Below are positions 1 to 9,735 of a stretch of DNA of 64,000 nucleotides, piece by piece. The translations under genes were made by a program, and so were the position numbers. A model generated the notes under the pieces. The model saw only the letters and a list, made by a program, of their open reading frames with translations, was not told where the DNA came from and did not search any database. The stretch comes from Myxococcota bacterium (GTDB lineage Bacteria; Myxococcota_A; UBA9160; UBA6930): contig OZ245015.1 of assembly GCA_965223705.1 (NCBI GenBank), positions 448,001-512,000 on the forward strand, in the 5' to 3' direction. Position 1 is the first letter of the stretch. Each line of letters opens with the position of its first letter.

Positions 1-2275
1 AACGCTCGTCGCTCCGCAACTGCTTCTCGAGACTCCGACGAGCCCAGAGGAATGGCGCGAGCTTCGCGAGCGCGTGCGGCGCAACCCCTCGGTCTACGGT
101 GTGCTCGTTTCCCTCGATGAGCGCGCGACTCTGGTGCGGACGAGTTTCATCGAATCGCGTATCGATTACGAAGCGCTTTTCAAGCACATGCGCTTCCTCG
201 AAGGCTTCGTCGAGGAAAACTATCCGGTCGACGTCTATTTGACCGGGCAGCCCATGCTCTTCGGCTGGAGCTACGCCTTCGCGACCGAGATTTTCCTCGT
301 GTTCCTGGCGACGATTCTCGTGTCCGTCGCGCTGCTCTGGTTCTATTTCCGCCGCGGCTACGGCGTGTTCCTGCCGCTTTCCGGAGCGGCGGTCAACGTC
401 GTTTGGGGCCTGGGTTTTGCCGGCTGGGTCGGCTTCAACATGGACCCCCTCGTGTTGGTGGTGCCGATGTTGATCACGGCGCGCGCCATCAGCCACTCCG
501 TGCAGTTCGTCGAACGGTTCTACGAGGAATACGAAGAGCTCGGGGACAAGGACGAAGCCTGCATTCGTTCCATGGCGGAACTGCTGCTGCCGGGAACCAT
601 GGCGATCCTCACGGACTGCGTCGGCCTCCTGACGATCGCTTTGGCGACGATCCCCCTGATCGAGAAGCTCGGATTGTTGTGCGCGTTCTGGGCGGCTTCG
701 ATCGCGGTCACGGAAATGCTGCTCAACCGCCTCTTGATTCTGTACCTGCCGGCGCCGAGGGAACGCGAACGAAGGGTGCCGGTTCTCGCTTCGCGGGTGC
801 TCAAGGCGGCGGGTCGTTGGGTGAGCAATCCGGGCAGCGCTACCGCGACGGCGGCCGGCTTCGCCTTCGCCGCGATCGGTAGCTTGCTCATCGCCGAGAG
901 TGTTCCCGTCGGAGAGAACCGCCCCGGCACGCCGATCCTCTACCCGGAGTCGGAGTTCAACATCGCGGCCGGAGAAATCGGGCGCCGTTTCTTCGGCCTC
1001 GACGAACTGTTGGTCGTCGCGCATTCCGACGTCCCGGGCCGGGTTTTCGCACCAGACGGGTTGAAGAACGTCGAGTCGCTGCAACGGGTTCTCGAAACGG
1101 ATCCCGCCGCCGGCGGCAGCGTGAGTCTCGTCGACCTGTTCAAGCAGACGAGCCGGTTGTTCCACAACAACGATCCGCGGTGGGGGATCTGGCTACAGAC
1201 GACGGCCGAAGTCGTCGGGTTCCAATACCTCCTCGAGACGTCCGTGCCCGCCCAAGGCGTGCTCGATCCCTACCGTTCCCAAGACGGCGAGTCGATGTCG
1301 ATTCGCGTGTTCTACCGCGATCACCAAGCCGAAACCGTGGCGCGCGCCGATGCGCTTCTCTCGCGTTTCATTCGCGATGAACGTGTGGCCGGTCCGCTGG
1401 CCGTTGAGCTCCTTCCCCCTCGAGTGAGCGCGCTGCGGAGATGGCTCGGGCCCTTGCTTCCCGATCCGCGTCCGACGCTCTCGGTGACGGTGCCCGGAGC
1501 GGACGGAAGTCGCGTCGCTCTCGAAGTGGAAGAGATTTCCGGAGAAGGCACCGTCTTCGCGCGCTGGACCGAACGCGACGGCGTCGGGCGCGCTGCCGAA
1601 CTCCGACGGGCCGGCTTGTACGAGCCCTACGAGCTCTGGGTGCGACGCCATGCCGACGCGCCTTGGGCGTCGCGCCACAACGGCTTGTGGCTGCCGGAGG
1701 GCATCGAGCTGCGTGCCGCCGCGGGCACCATGGGGGTTCTGGCCGCGGCGAATCAGGAAATCGAATCCAGCCACCGAGCGGGGTTGCTGGTCGTTTTCGC
1801 GGCGACGTTTTGCATCATCGCGCTGAGTTATCGCTCCTGGTTGGTCGGTGCTCTTCTCACGATGTCTCTCGGCACCGCCGCGCTCGCGGCACTCGCGGTG
1901 CAGGGAATCGCGGGGATCGGCATCAACGTCAACACCTTGCCGGTCCAAGCGATCGGTGTTGGGATCGGCGTCGACTACGCGATCTACATCGTCGATCGCG
2001 TCCGAGAGGAGCTGCGTCGCGGATTGGCGCGAGAAGCCGCGTTGGCGCGGGCGGTCGAGACGACGGGCCTCGCGATCGCGTTTACCGCCACAACCCTGCT
2101 GGCCGGGATCATCTTCTGGATCCCCATCTCGAGCCTTCGGTTTTCCGCCGATATGAGCTTGCTGTTGTCGGTGTTGATGGGCGTGAACGCCGTGGCGGCG
2201 ATCCTGCTCGTGCCGTCGCTGCTGCGACTCGTTCCCGAAAGCTGGATTCTTCCCAGGAACGAGAAGACACCCTGA
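1..2275 (+). CDS. MMPL/RND-family transporter (5' truncated by window)
   Basis: Frame is open from base 2. Two TM bundles with RND/MMPL motifs (ARAISHSVQF; GVGIGVDYAIY) separated by a periplasmic domain. Confidence 0.85.
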   Translation, partial: TLVAPQLLLETPTSPEEWRELRERVRRNPSVYGVLVSLDERATLVRTSFIESRIDYEALFKHMRFLEGFVEENYPVDVYLTGQPMLFGWSYAFATEIFLVFLATILVSVALLWFYFRRGYGVFLPLSGAAVNVVWGLGFAGWVGFNMDPLVLVVPMLITARAISHSVQFVERFYEEYEELGDKDEACIRSMAELLLPGTMAILTDCVGLLTIALATIPLIEKLGLLCAFWAASIAVTEMLLNRLLILYLPAPRERERRVPVLASRVLKAAGRWVSNPGSATATAAGFAFAAIGSLLIAESVPVGENRPGTPILYPESEFNIAAGEIGRRFFGLDELLVVAHSDVPGRVFAPDGLKNVESLQRVLETDPAAGGSVSLVDLFKQTSRLFHNNDPRWGIWLQTTAEVVGFQYLLETSVPAQGVLDPYRSQDGESMSIRVFYRDHQAETVARADALLSRFIRDERVAGPLAVELLPPRVSALRRWLGPLLPDPRPTLSVTVPGADGSRVALEVEEISGEGTVFARWTERDGVGRAAELRRAGLYEPYELWVRRHADAPWASRHNGLWLPEGIELRAAAGTMGVLAAANQEIESSHRAGLLVVFAATFCIIALSYRSWLVGALLTMSLGTAALAALAVQGIAGIGINVNTLPVQAIGVGIGVDYAIYIVDRVREELRRGLAREAALARAVETTGLAIAFTATTLLAGIIFWIPISSLRFSADMSLLLSVLMGVNAVAAILLVPSLLRLVPESWILPRNEKTP

Positions 2276-2317
2276 AAAAAGAAGACGCCCCGGAGCCGCT
2301 TTGGCAACCGGGGCGTC
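2275..2317 (-). terminator. Rho-independent terminator between convergent genes
   Basis: Perfect 10-bp stem GACGCCCCGG/CCGGGGCGTC (2284-2317) preceded by an A-tract, which is a U-tract on the minus strand. Confidence 0.65.
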
Positions 2318-2367
2318 CTATCCGAGCCTTACCCCCCCCTGGCGCAGCCCGGAACAACGATCTTCGA

Positions 2368-3348
2368 TCACTGTTTCGGCCGTACCGGGTCGGCCTTGAG
2401 GTTTTTTTGCCGATTCCCTGCGGGTCCCCGCGTACGCAAGAGCGGCGCCTGCTCAGGTGCTCTACGGACTGCAGGCCGGGGTGAATTGCCCTCTTCTCCG
2501 GGATCGAGAATCACGCCGCCGTCGTCATCGGCCCAGCGAATCTGGCGGTAGTCAAAGCCTCCCTCGGCGATGATGTTGAACTTCACGACCTCGAAGTACG
2601 GAGAGAGATCGAAATCTCGAGGCGTCAGCATCGTCGGGTGCCGGCGGTAGTAGAGCCCCCGCGTTCGCGGCTGTCCGCGCGACCATAATCGCCGCCAGGA
2701 GCGCGGCGGACGGAGCACATGGGGTTCGGCCGAAGAGAACTCGACACGCGGCAAGATCGGGAACCCGACATGGTGGAAGATCTGTCCGATCAAACTCGAG
2801 CAGATCACTTCTGTCGGGGCGCGGCTTCCGAGGCGCGAACGCGGTTTCGTGCGGGTGGGCGCGACCGCCAAGACGGCGAAGTAGCGCATGAGGTCGAGGA
2901 TGTTCCGCAAGTCGTAACGCCAGCCGAGCGCGGCGACGGCTTCGTCGAGAACTTGTTTCAGGTGCTCCGCGCGTAGACGGTAAGGTCGCAAGAGCCGAAT
3001 GTTCAAATGCAGATATTTGTCGGCCGGAACGGCCACGACGCCTTCCGGGAGCGCCTCGATCATCAAGCGGTCGGCATGGTCGCCAAACTTCGCCCGCGCT
3101 TCTTCCCGCGTGTCGTCCCTGCGAATCAACTCGTCGCCGATATAGAGCGCCAAGTGAGACCATGAACTCTGCGTCAAATACTTCGTGATCGCGGATACGC
3201 GGCTGTCTCCCTCGACGAGGACGACATCGCCCTTTCGGATTTGCGCGAAAAAACCCGACGGATCGTTCCAGGTGCGCCTTTCGTAGTGCGGAAGGCTTCG
3301 GGTCAAGAAGTCGACGACCCGGAGCGTGAGCCAGCTCCGGATACTCAT
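2368..3348 (-). CDS. Permuted papain-like NlpC/P60 (YiiX/YebB-like) cysteine hydrolase
   Basis: GDVVLVEG...TQSSWSHLALY (His) precedes ICSSLI (Cys), the permuted catalytic order. Confidence 0.75.
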   Translation of the reverse strand: MSIRSWLTLRVVDFLTRSLPHYERRTWNDPSGFFAQIRKGDVVLVEGDSRVSAITKYLTQSSWSHLALYIGDELIRRDDTREEARAKFGDHADRLMIEALPEGVVAVPADKYLHLNIRLLRPYRLRAEHLKQVLDEAVAALGWRYDLRNILDLMRYFAVLAVAPTRTKPRSRLGSRAPTEVICSSLIGQIFHHVGFPILPRVEFSSAEPHVLRPPRSWRRLWSRGQPRTRGLYYRRHPTMLTPRDFDLSPYFEVVKFNIIAEGGFDYRQIRWADDDGGVILDPGEEGNSPRPAVRRAPEQAPLLRTRGPAGNRQKNLKADPVRPKQ

Positions 3349-3393
3349 GACGGCTCCCTTGCTCGAAGGACGGGCTTGCTCGAGACTTGCGCG

Positions 3394-3882
3394 ATGGAAC
3401 GACTACGCGGCGTCGGCCTGGCGCTACTCGCGTTGTGTCTGGGCGTGTGGCCGGGCGCAGCGCTCTTGTTCACGTTCGCAGTAGCGCCCGCGATCTTCGC
3501 GTTGGCGGATCGGCCAGGAGAAGCCGGTGAGGCGATTGCCCATGTCCTAGCGGTTCTGCACATCGGTGGAGCCTGTGTCTTCTCCTCGGCCGGGCTACTG
3601 GCCTGGGCGCATCGGTTGGGCGCTTGGCTGCAGATCGGCCCGGTCGTCCTGGCGGCGCTGTGCCTCTTCTCCCATTTCGGCGTTTCCGGGCCGCTGGCTG
3701 AGCTGCGAGAACGCCCCGCTGAGGCGCGCACCGCCGCCGATCAGGAGTCGCAGCGACGCCTCCACCGGATCTCCGTGGCGGTATTTTCCATTGTGGGTGT
3801 CGGTAATTTGGTATTGCTTTACCGCTTCGGTGCGGAGGCCAGCGGGCCTATTTCACAACGCTCAAATCCGCGCATTTCTTGA
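3394..3882 (+). CDS. DUF4149-like 4-TM membrane protein
   Basis: Four hydrophobic segments, FAVAPAIF and RRLHRISV motifs; ATG at 3394. Confidence 0.6.
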   Translation: MERLRGVGLALLALCLGVWPGAALLFTFAVAPAIFALADRPGEAGEAIAHVLAVLHIGGACVFSSAGLLAWAHRLGAWLQIGPVVLAALCLFSHFGVSGPLAELRERPAEARTAADQESQRRLHRISVAVFSIVGVGNLVLLYRFGAEASGPISQRSNPRIS

Positions 3883-3998
3883 AAATCCGTAGCCCCGGCG
3901 CGGAGCGTTGTGTATGCTCCAGGCGACTGGAAACTCTACTGGTTTCAACGACTTACGTCGTGTCTGACCGTCTAAAGTTCGACCGGAGCTCAACCACC

Positions 3999-4214
3999 AT
4001 GGAAGTGCGCATCAAAGCCACTCTCTCGTTTACCGTCGCCGGTGGCGCACTAGAAGACGGCCTCGCCGAATACGACGAACTCTCCGTGGACGGCCTCCTC
4101 CGGGAAATCCTCGATAAAGCGCTCGCGGTCGACGATATCGAGGTCGTGGTGACCGAAGGCCCCAATAGCCTCGAAGAGTACGATTCCGTGCAGCAGCAGG
4201 CCGGCGGTTCCTAG
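3999..4214 (+). CDS. Small acidic hypothetical protein (71 aa)
   Basis: GGAG SD upstream of ATG 3999; typical high-GC codon usage; 16 D/E versus 4 K/R. Confidence 0.7.
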   Translation: MEVRIKATLSFTVAGGALEDGLAEYDELSVDGLLREILDKALAVDDIEVVVTEGPNSLEEYDSVQQQAGGS

Positions 4215-4225
4215 CCGGTAGCTCT

Positions 4226-4627
4226 CTAGAACAAGCTGAGTTGGCCGGATTCGGGGGCCGTTTTCCGCGGTTCTCGCGGCGCCGGCTCCGAGCGTTTCGG
4301 CCTCGGCCGATAAATCCCCTCGTCCCGCGCGTACTCGAGCACTTCGTGATAGAAGCGCTGGAACCTGGGACCGTGGTTGAAGTGGCGCAGGTGGGCGAGT
4401 TCATGGCACAGGGTGCTGATGAGGCTCGAATAGCGGAGGGGCTCGCGGGTTGTCACATGGTTGAGGCGCACGCGGATGGTCCCATCGGAGAAGCAAACGC
4501 CGTAGCGGTTCTTCACGTTGGCACGTTCCGCTTCGATCGCTCGGTAGCGCAGTCCGAATCGCTCGGCGATGCGGGCTCCGTCTCGGCGCAAACGCTCCAT
4601 CAATTCGCGGCGGGCTTTCCGGTCCAC
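4226..4627 (-). CDS. YgjP/WLM-like zinc metallopeptidase
   Basis: HELAHLRHFNHGPRF (HExxH plus a third His). Confidence 0.8.
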   Translation of the reverse strand: MDRKARRELMERLRRDGARIAERFGLRYRAIEAERANVKNRYGVCFSDGTIRVRLNHVTTREPLRYSSLISTLCHELAHLRHFNHGPRFQRFYHEVLEYARDEGIYRPRPKRSEPAPREPRKTAPESGQLSLF

Positions 4628-4668
4628 GTGATGAAGATAGCGACCGCCGTCCGGGCTACCCTAGGGAA

Positions 4669-5328
4669 ATGCCGCTTCCCGAAGCGCCGCTGCCCCTTTT
4701 TCCGTTAGCTGCGGTGGTCTTGTTCCCGGAGACCCAGGTCCCGCTGCATGTTTTCGAACCCCGGTACCGCCAGTTGATGGAGGACGTCGTCGAGGGAGAA
4801 GGACACATCGGCATGGTGACGGTCGTGCCGGAGCATCAGTCCTCGATGTCCGGAGATCCGCCGATCTTTCCGCTGGGGTGCGCGGGCGAAGTCGCGCAGC
4901 ATCAGCGCTTGCCCGACGGTCGCTACAACCTGATCTTGCGGGCCACGCACCGTTTCGAAGTGATCTCGGAACACCCGGTCACCGACGCGCGTCTGTATCG
5001 GCAGGCGGACGTTCGCCTCGTTCCCGAACGCGAGCCGACCGAAGATGGAGTGCTCGCAGAGACGCGGGAAACGGTCGTTCGGTTGCTCCGCGAGCTCCTC
5101 CGGATGACAACCGGACGTGAGGCCGAGTTGGATGAGAAGCGCCTCGGCGCTCTGACCGAGACAGCGTTCGTGAACACGATTTCGCAGGCGCTCGCGGTTT
5201 CTACGGTGGAAAAGCAGGGGCTCCTGGAAGCGCCCGGGGCCGAGGAACGATCGCGGCGACTGATCGACCTGTTGCGTTTCCAAATCGCCGCCGGATCGCG
5301 CGGCAGCGGGCCCGAAACGGTCCACTAG
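4669..5328 (+). CDS. Lon protease substrate-binding (N-terminal) domain protein
   Basis: LPLFPL..VVLFP..PLHVFEPRYRQL and LPDGRYNL motifs; no AAA+ or protease domain. Confidence 0.85.
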   Translation: MPLPEAPLPLFPLAAVVLFPETQVPLHVFEPRYRQLMEDVVEGEGHIGMVTVVPEHQSSMSGDPPIFPLGCAGEVAQHQRLPDGRYNLILRATHRFEVISEHPVTDARLYRQADVRLVPEREPTEDGVLAETRETVVRLLRELLRMTTGREAELDEKRLGALTETAFVNTISQALAVSTVEKQGLLEAPGAEERSRRLIDLLRFQIAAGSRGSGPETVH

Positions 5329-5776
5329 AGAAATCGAGTATTCTCGAGTTAACGTGCGTAAAACGAACTAAATCGTCGATTCGCAATTTTTAGAATCGCG
5401 TTTTTGTCCGCTCGTCTCGGCCTCGGAAAAACCTCTCGCAAAGTTCACCGAAACACCTGATTTTGCAGAAGCAATTGGCTTCGAGCGCACCGCTCACCGT
5501 CGCTGTGTACCCGAAACCTTGGCGTGTCGCCCAACGAGTACGATCGTCCGCAGCCCTCGTTGCGCGACTGCGGTGAGCGTGATTGAATGGCCACGGTGAT
5601 GGAGGTCCGTAGGCTGATTCTCGGGTGAAACCGCTGGAAAACCGGAAAAAACGGCTTCACCGATCCCCGCGAGGAGCCGATTCCAGCCCCCGCTGACGCC
5701 GCTCGGACGAGTGAGAGAACAACAGACAGTGCGGTCCCGCCAGCTGTAGCTCGTTGGGCCCGGAGCCAATCCGCGA

Positions 5777-7168
5777 ATGGAACCCCCCCGCGGCTTTTGG
5801 GACGGCGTGATACGCCGTCTCGACGGACGACTGCCACGTCACGCGGTTGACGCATGGATTCGACCCCTCGAGCCTCACTGGCGAGAGGGGCGCCTCGAGT
5901 TGCATGCTCCGGGCATCCTGTGCCGAGATCGCGTCGAAGCGCAGTACCGCGGGGAGATCGACGAGGCTCTGCGCGCCGAACTGGGTGAAGCCCAGGCCTT
6001 CGCGTTGCGCGTTGCCGATCCCGAGCCGAAGAAGGCCACGACCGAAGAGAAGACCACGCTTCCTCCTGCGGAGGAACTGCCCGCTGCGCCGGCGCTGCAG
6101 CGCAGAGCTCCGCCGGAACGCCGCACTCCGCCGGCCCGTCAGCAGAGTTTCCGTCGCGGGTTTGACGGGTTTCTCGTGTCGGACACGAACGCGCTCGCGC
6201 GCGAAGCGTCGCTAGCGCTCGCCCAGGGTCGGCAGCAGGGCCTGTCACCGCTCTGTCTCGTAGCGGGAACGGGTCTCGGGAAAACGCACTTGGCGAGAGC
6301 CGTGGTCGCCGAAGCGAGGTCCCGGGGAACGGCGCGTCCACTGTACGCGTCCGCCGAGCGCTTTACGACGGAGTTCACGAGCTCCCTTCACCGGAAGGAG
6401 ACGGCGGGCTTCAAGCGGCGGTTCCGTGAGGAATGCGAACTCCTCGTGCTGGAAGACCTTCAGTTTCTCGCCGGAAAGCGTTGGACGCAGCTCGAGCTTT
6501 TTCACACGCTCGAGCACCTGCAGGCGTCCGGAATTCCCGTCGTGCTCACCGCGGACCGCTTGCCCCGTGAAATCGACAAGCTCGACGAGCGGCTGGTCTC
6601 TCAGGTCGCGAGCGGGCTCGTCGCCGAGATCGAACCGCCGGACGTCGAGCTGCGCGGCCGCATTCTGCGGGCGCGAGCTGCGGCCGCGGGAGTGCGCGTT
6701 CCCGAGTCGTGCCTCGAGCGCCTGGCCGCGGCCGTCGAGGGAAGTGTGCGCGACCTCGAAGGCGTGCTCACCCAGTTGGTGGCGACCGCATCGCTCCTCA
6801 AACGCCCGATCGATCGCGAGCTCACCGAAGCGGCGCTTCGCAAAGTCGGCGGCGTGGCGATCGATGCGGGGCGGCGCCACACCATCGGGTCCGTACTCAA
6901 GGTCGTGACCGCGTTCTTCGGAGTGCGGGAGGCAGATCTTCGCTCGCGCTCGAGGAAGCGATCCGTGCTCGAACCACGCCAGCTCGCGATGTACTTCTGC
7001 CATCAGCTGACGAACGCGTCGCTTGCGGAGATCGGTCGCGCATTCGATCGGGAGCATTCCTCGGTTCGGAACGCGATCGATGCCGTAGAGCGAGCGATGT
7101 TGACGCGAGCGACGCTGCGCTATCGCGTTGAAGAGTTGGCGTCCCGCCTGCGTGACGCCGAGAGCTAG
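5777..7168 (+). CDS. dnaA: DnaA-family initiator paralogue
   Basis: Domain I (WIRPL), Walker A GTGLGKTHL, Walker B LEDLQFL, sensor RDLEG, domain IV RQLAMY...SLAEIGRAF. Not linked to dnaN. Confidence 0.85.
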   Translation: MEPPRGFWDGVIRRLDGRLPRHAVDAWIRPLEPHWREGRLELHAPGILCRDRVEAQYRGEIDEALRAELGEAQAFALRVADPEPKKATTEEKTTLPPAEELPAAPALQRRAPPERRTPPARQQSFRRGFDGFLVSDTNALAREASLALAQGRQQGLSPLCLVAGTGLGKTHLARAVVAEARSRGTARPLYASAERFTTEFTSSLHRKETAGFKRRFREECELLVLEDLQFLAGKRWTQLELFHTLEHLQASGIPVVLTADRLPREIDKLDERLVSQVASGLVAEIEPPDVELRGRILRARAAAAGVRVPESCLERLAAAVEGSVRDLEGVLTQLVATASLLKRPIDRELTEAALRKVGGVAIDAGRRHTIGSVLKVVTAFFGVREADLRSRSRKRSVLEPRQLAMYFCHQLTNASLAEIGRAFDREHSSVRNAIDAVERAMLTRATLRYRVEELASRLRDAES

Positions 7169-7174
7169 GTGCGC

Positions 7175-8437
7175 CTAGGCGGGTGCCGACGATTCGTCGG
7201 TTAGACCCGCGGCGCGGGCGCGGTTTTGCTCTTCCCGCAGTCGCCAGCGGGTCGGTCCCGAGAGCTCGCTCTTTTGAACCGGCTCGAGGGAGGGCGGATC
7301 TTTCTCGGGATCGTCGTAGCGCTCGATGATCTCGTAAGTGGTGCTGCGCTGCACCGGCGTGCGTCCCATTTCGCGGATCAATTGACGCATCGTCTCCGGC
7401 GGCGTGTTCTCTCCGTGGTTCGCACCGGACTCGCGACTGATGGACTCTTCCATCAGGGTGCCGCCGAAATCATTGCAGCCGGCCGACAGCGCGAGCTGCG
7501 CCATCTTGTGCCCCATCTTGACCCAGGACATCTGGACGTTCGTAATCCACGGGCGGAAGAACAGGCGGGCGACCGCCACCATCCGGAGGTCCTCCGCAGT
7601 GCTTGCGCCGGGGCGTGCGCCCATGTGGTTGAAGAGGATGTTCTTCTCGTGGATAAAGCCGAGCGGAACGAACTCGGTGAAACCGCCGGTATCTTTCTGG
7701 ATGTCCCGAACGACGGCCAAGTGCTGTGCGGCTTGATGGACCGTTTCCAAGTGTCCGTACATGATCGTGGCGGTCGAGCGAAGGCCGATGCTGTGCGCCG
7801 TGCGGACAATCTCGATCCAGCGGTCGCTCATCAATTTTCGCGGTGAGACGATCTTGCGAACGCTGTCGTCGAGGATTTCGGCGGCCGTCCCCGGCATCGT
7901 GCCAAGGCCCGCGTCGACGAGGAAGCGCAGGTAGTCCGCGAGCTCCATCCCGCTCTTCTTGTGCCCGAAATCGATTTCTTCGGGCGAGAACGCGTGAATG
8001 TGGAGGTCGGGATAGGCCTCTTTCAAGGCGACCAAGATATTGCGGTAGTCGTTGTGGTCTTTCTTCGGGTCGATGCCGCCCTGAATGCAGACCTCGGTGG
8101 CACCGCGCGAGACGGCGTCGCCGGCTTTTTCGATCAAGATTTTCAGGTCGTGGTCGTACGCGTCGTCGTCGTCGCGGTGACGCGAAAAGCCGCAGAAGCT
8201 GCAGCCCACGTAGCAGACGTTCGTGAAGTTGATGTTTCGACAGATGACGAAAGATACGTCGTCGCCGTTGTCTTCGGCGCGGGCGACGTCGGCCGCGCGA
8301 CACAGCGCCCAGAGGTTCGGCCCCTCCACGGTAAGCAGGACGGCGGCGTCAGCGACGCTGAGTTCACGTCCTTCCAAGGCACGATCCAAGACGCGCCCGA
8401 CGGTGGGGTCGACGTCGGAGAGAAGTCGCTCGAGCAT
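7175..8437 (-). CDS. cofH: FO synthase subunit 2 (radical SAM)
   Basis: NRNINFTNVC-like RNINFTNVCYVGCSFC, MPGTAAEILDD, EFVPLGF, NDFGGTLMEESI; ATG 8437, directly after cofG. Confidence 0.9.
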   Translation of the reverse strand: MLERLLSDVDPTVGRVLDRALEGRELSVADAAVLLTVEGPNLWALCRAADVARAEDNGDDVSFVICRNINFTNVCYVGCSFCGFSRHRDDDDAYDHDLKILIEKAGDAVSRGATEVCIQGGIDPKKDHNDYRNILVALKEAYPDLHIHAFSPEEIDFGHKKSGMELADYLRFLVDAGLGTMPGTAAEILDDSVRKIVSPRKLMSDRWIEIVRTAHSIGLRSTATIMYGHLETVHQAAQHLAVVRDIQKDTGGFTEFVPLGFIHEKNILFNHMGARPGASTAEDLRMVAVARLFFRPWITNVQMSWVKMGHKMAQLALSAGCNDFGGTLMEESISRESGANHGENTPPETMRQLIREMGRTPVQRSTTYEIIERYDDPEKDPPSLEPVQKSELSGPTRWRLREEQNRARAAGLTDESSAPA

Positions 8438-8439
8438 GC

Positions 8440-9657
8440 TTACGCCGCCTCTTGGCCGGGGTCGCCGGAAGTTTTTGCCATTCCGTTTTCGTCCGCGAGC
8501 TCCCCGATTCGCGCGAGCATCGTCGGGTCGAAGAACTCGGGCATCGCCAAGTGCTCCGGGTAGACCGGAAGCCTGTAGAGCAGCCGCTGTCCCGCCGCCT
8601 CGGTGCGTTCGCGCAGGGCGGCGAGCGCCGGCCACGGCGCTTCGGGGTTGATGAAGTCGACGGTGACGGGCGAAACACCGCCCCAATCGTTCACACCGGC
8701 GCGGAGCAAGGTTTCGAGCGCGTCCGACGCCAAGTTGGGCGGCGCTTGCACGTTCGCGGCGGAGCCCAACATGAGCCGCGCAAGAGCCACCCAGCCGGCG
8801 ACTTCGCGCTCGGTCAACGTCGCGACGAAGCGCATCGGTGTATCGGGCTTCGGGTGGAACGGCTGGATGATCGCTTCTTGAATGTGCCCGTAGTCGTCGG
8901 AGAGCTGACGGATCGCGGCGAGGGTTTCCGCCCGCTCGGCTTCGTTTTCCCCGATGCCGATCAACATGCCGGACGTGAACGGAATCTTGAGCTCGCCCGC
9001 TTCGCGGTGCATCCGGAGTCGAACCTCGGGATCCTTGTCGGGCGCGTAGCGGTGGGGCATGCCCTTCTCGCGGAGTCTCGGGCTCACGTTCTCGAGCATC
9101 AGGCCCATCGACGCGTTCCACGGACGCAGGGCTTCCATCTCTTCGATGGTCAGGATCCCGGCGTTCGTGTGCGGCAGGAGTCCGCCCTCGAAGGCGACCC
9201 GACAACCCGCGAGCAAATGGTCAGTGGTGGTTTGGTAGCCGCGCTCGGCCAGCCACTCGCGGTGGGAGCGATAGGCGATTTCGGGTTTGTCCCCGAGACA
9301 GAAGAGCGCCTCGATGCAGCCGGTCTTCACACCGCCCGCGACGACGGACGCCACTTCGTCGAGTGAATAGGTCTTCGCCTCGGGCGAGTCCGCGGTTTTC
9401 GAGAAGGTGCAGTAGGCGCAGCGATCGCGGCAGAGATTCGTCAGCGGAATAAAGACGTTCTTCGAGACGCTGACTTCGTCGCCTTTGCCCCGGGTCTTGC
9501 TCTCGCAGGCGGCGTCCAGCAGGGGCTCGAAGACCGCCGGATCGTCGAGTTGCCGGCCCAGCCGCGCGGCGGATTCCGTGTCGAGTCGATCTTCGTCGAG
9601 CGCGCGTCGCAGCATGCTTCGCACGTCGTCGGGCACGAGGGCGGGGGGGTTGGTCAC
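8440..9657 (-). CDS. cofG: FO synthase subunit 1 (radical SAM)
   Basis: FIPLTNLCRDRCAYC, LPHTNAG, SMGLMLE, QAPPNL, DWGGVSPVT. Confidence 0.9.
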   Translation of the reverse strand: MTNPPALVPDDVRSMLRRALDEDRLDTESAARLGRQLDDPAVFEPLLDAACESKTRGKGDEVSVSKNVFIPLTNLCRDRCAYCTFSKTADSPEAKTYSLDEVASVVAGGVKTGCIEALFCLGDKPEIAYRSHREWLAERGYQTTTDHLLAGCRVAFEGGLLPHTNAGILTIEEMEALRPWNASMGLMLENVSPRLREKGMPHRYAPDKDPEVRLRMHREAGELKIPFTSGMLIGIGENEAERAETLAAIRQLSDDYGHIQEAIIQPFHPKPDTPMRFVATLTEREVAGWVALARLMLGSAANVQAPPNLASDALETLLRAGVNDWGGVSPVTVDFINPEAPWPALAALRERTEAAGQRLLYRLPVYPEHLAMPEFFDPTMLARIGELADENGMAKTSGDPGQEAA

Positions 9658-9735
9658 AGACCCTCCAGGGAAGGCGAGAGCATACCACCCGCTGCGGGGA
9701 GCGCGCTCGGCCTGGAATGGATCCCCCTGGGGGGG

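Noticed and set aside
5329..5776. oriC next to dnaA
   Set aside because: No canonical DnaA boxes seen and no dnaN/gyrB context.
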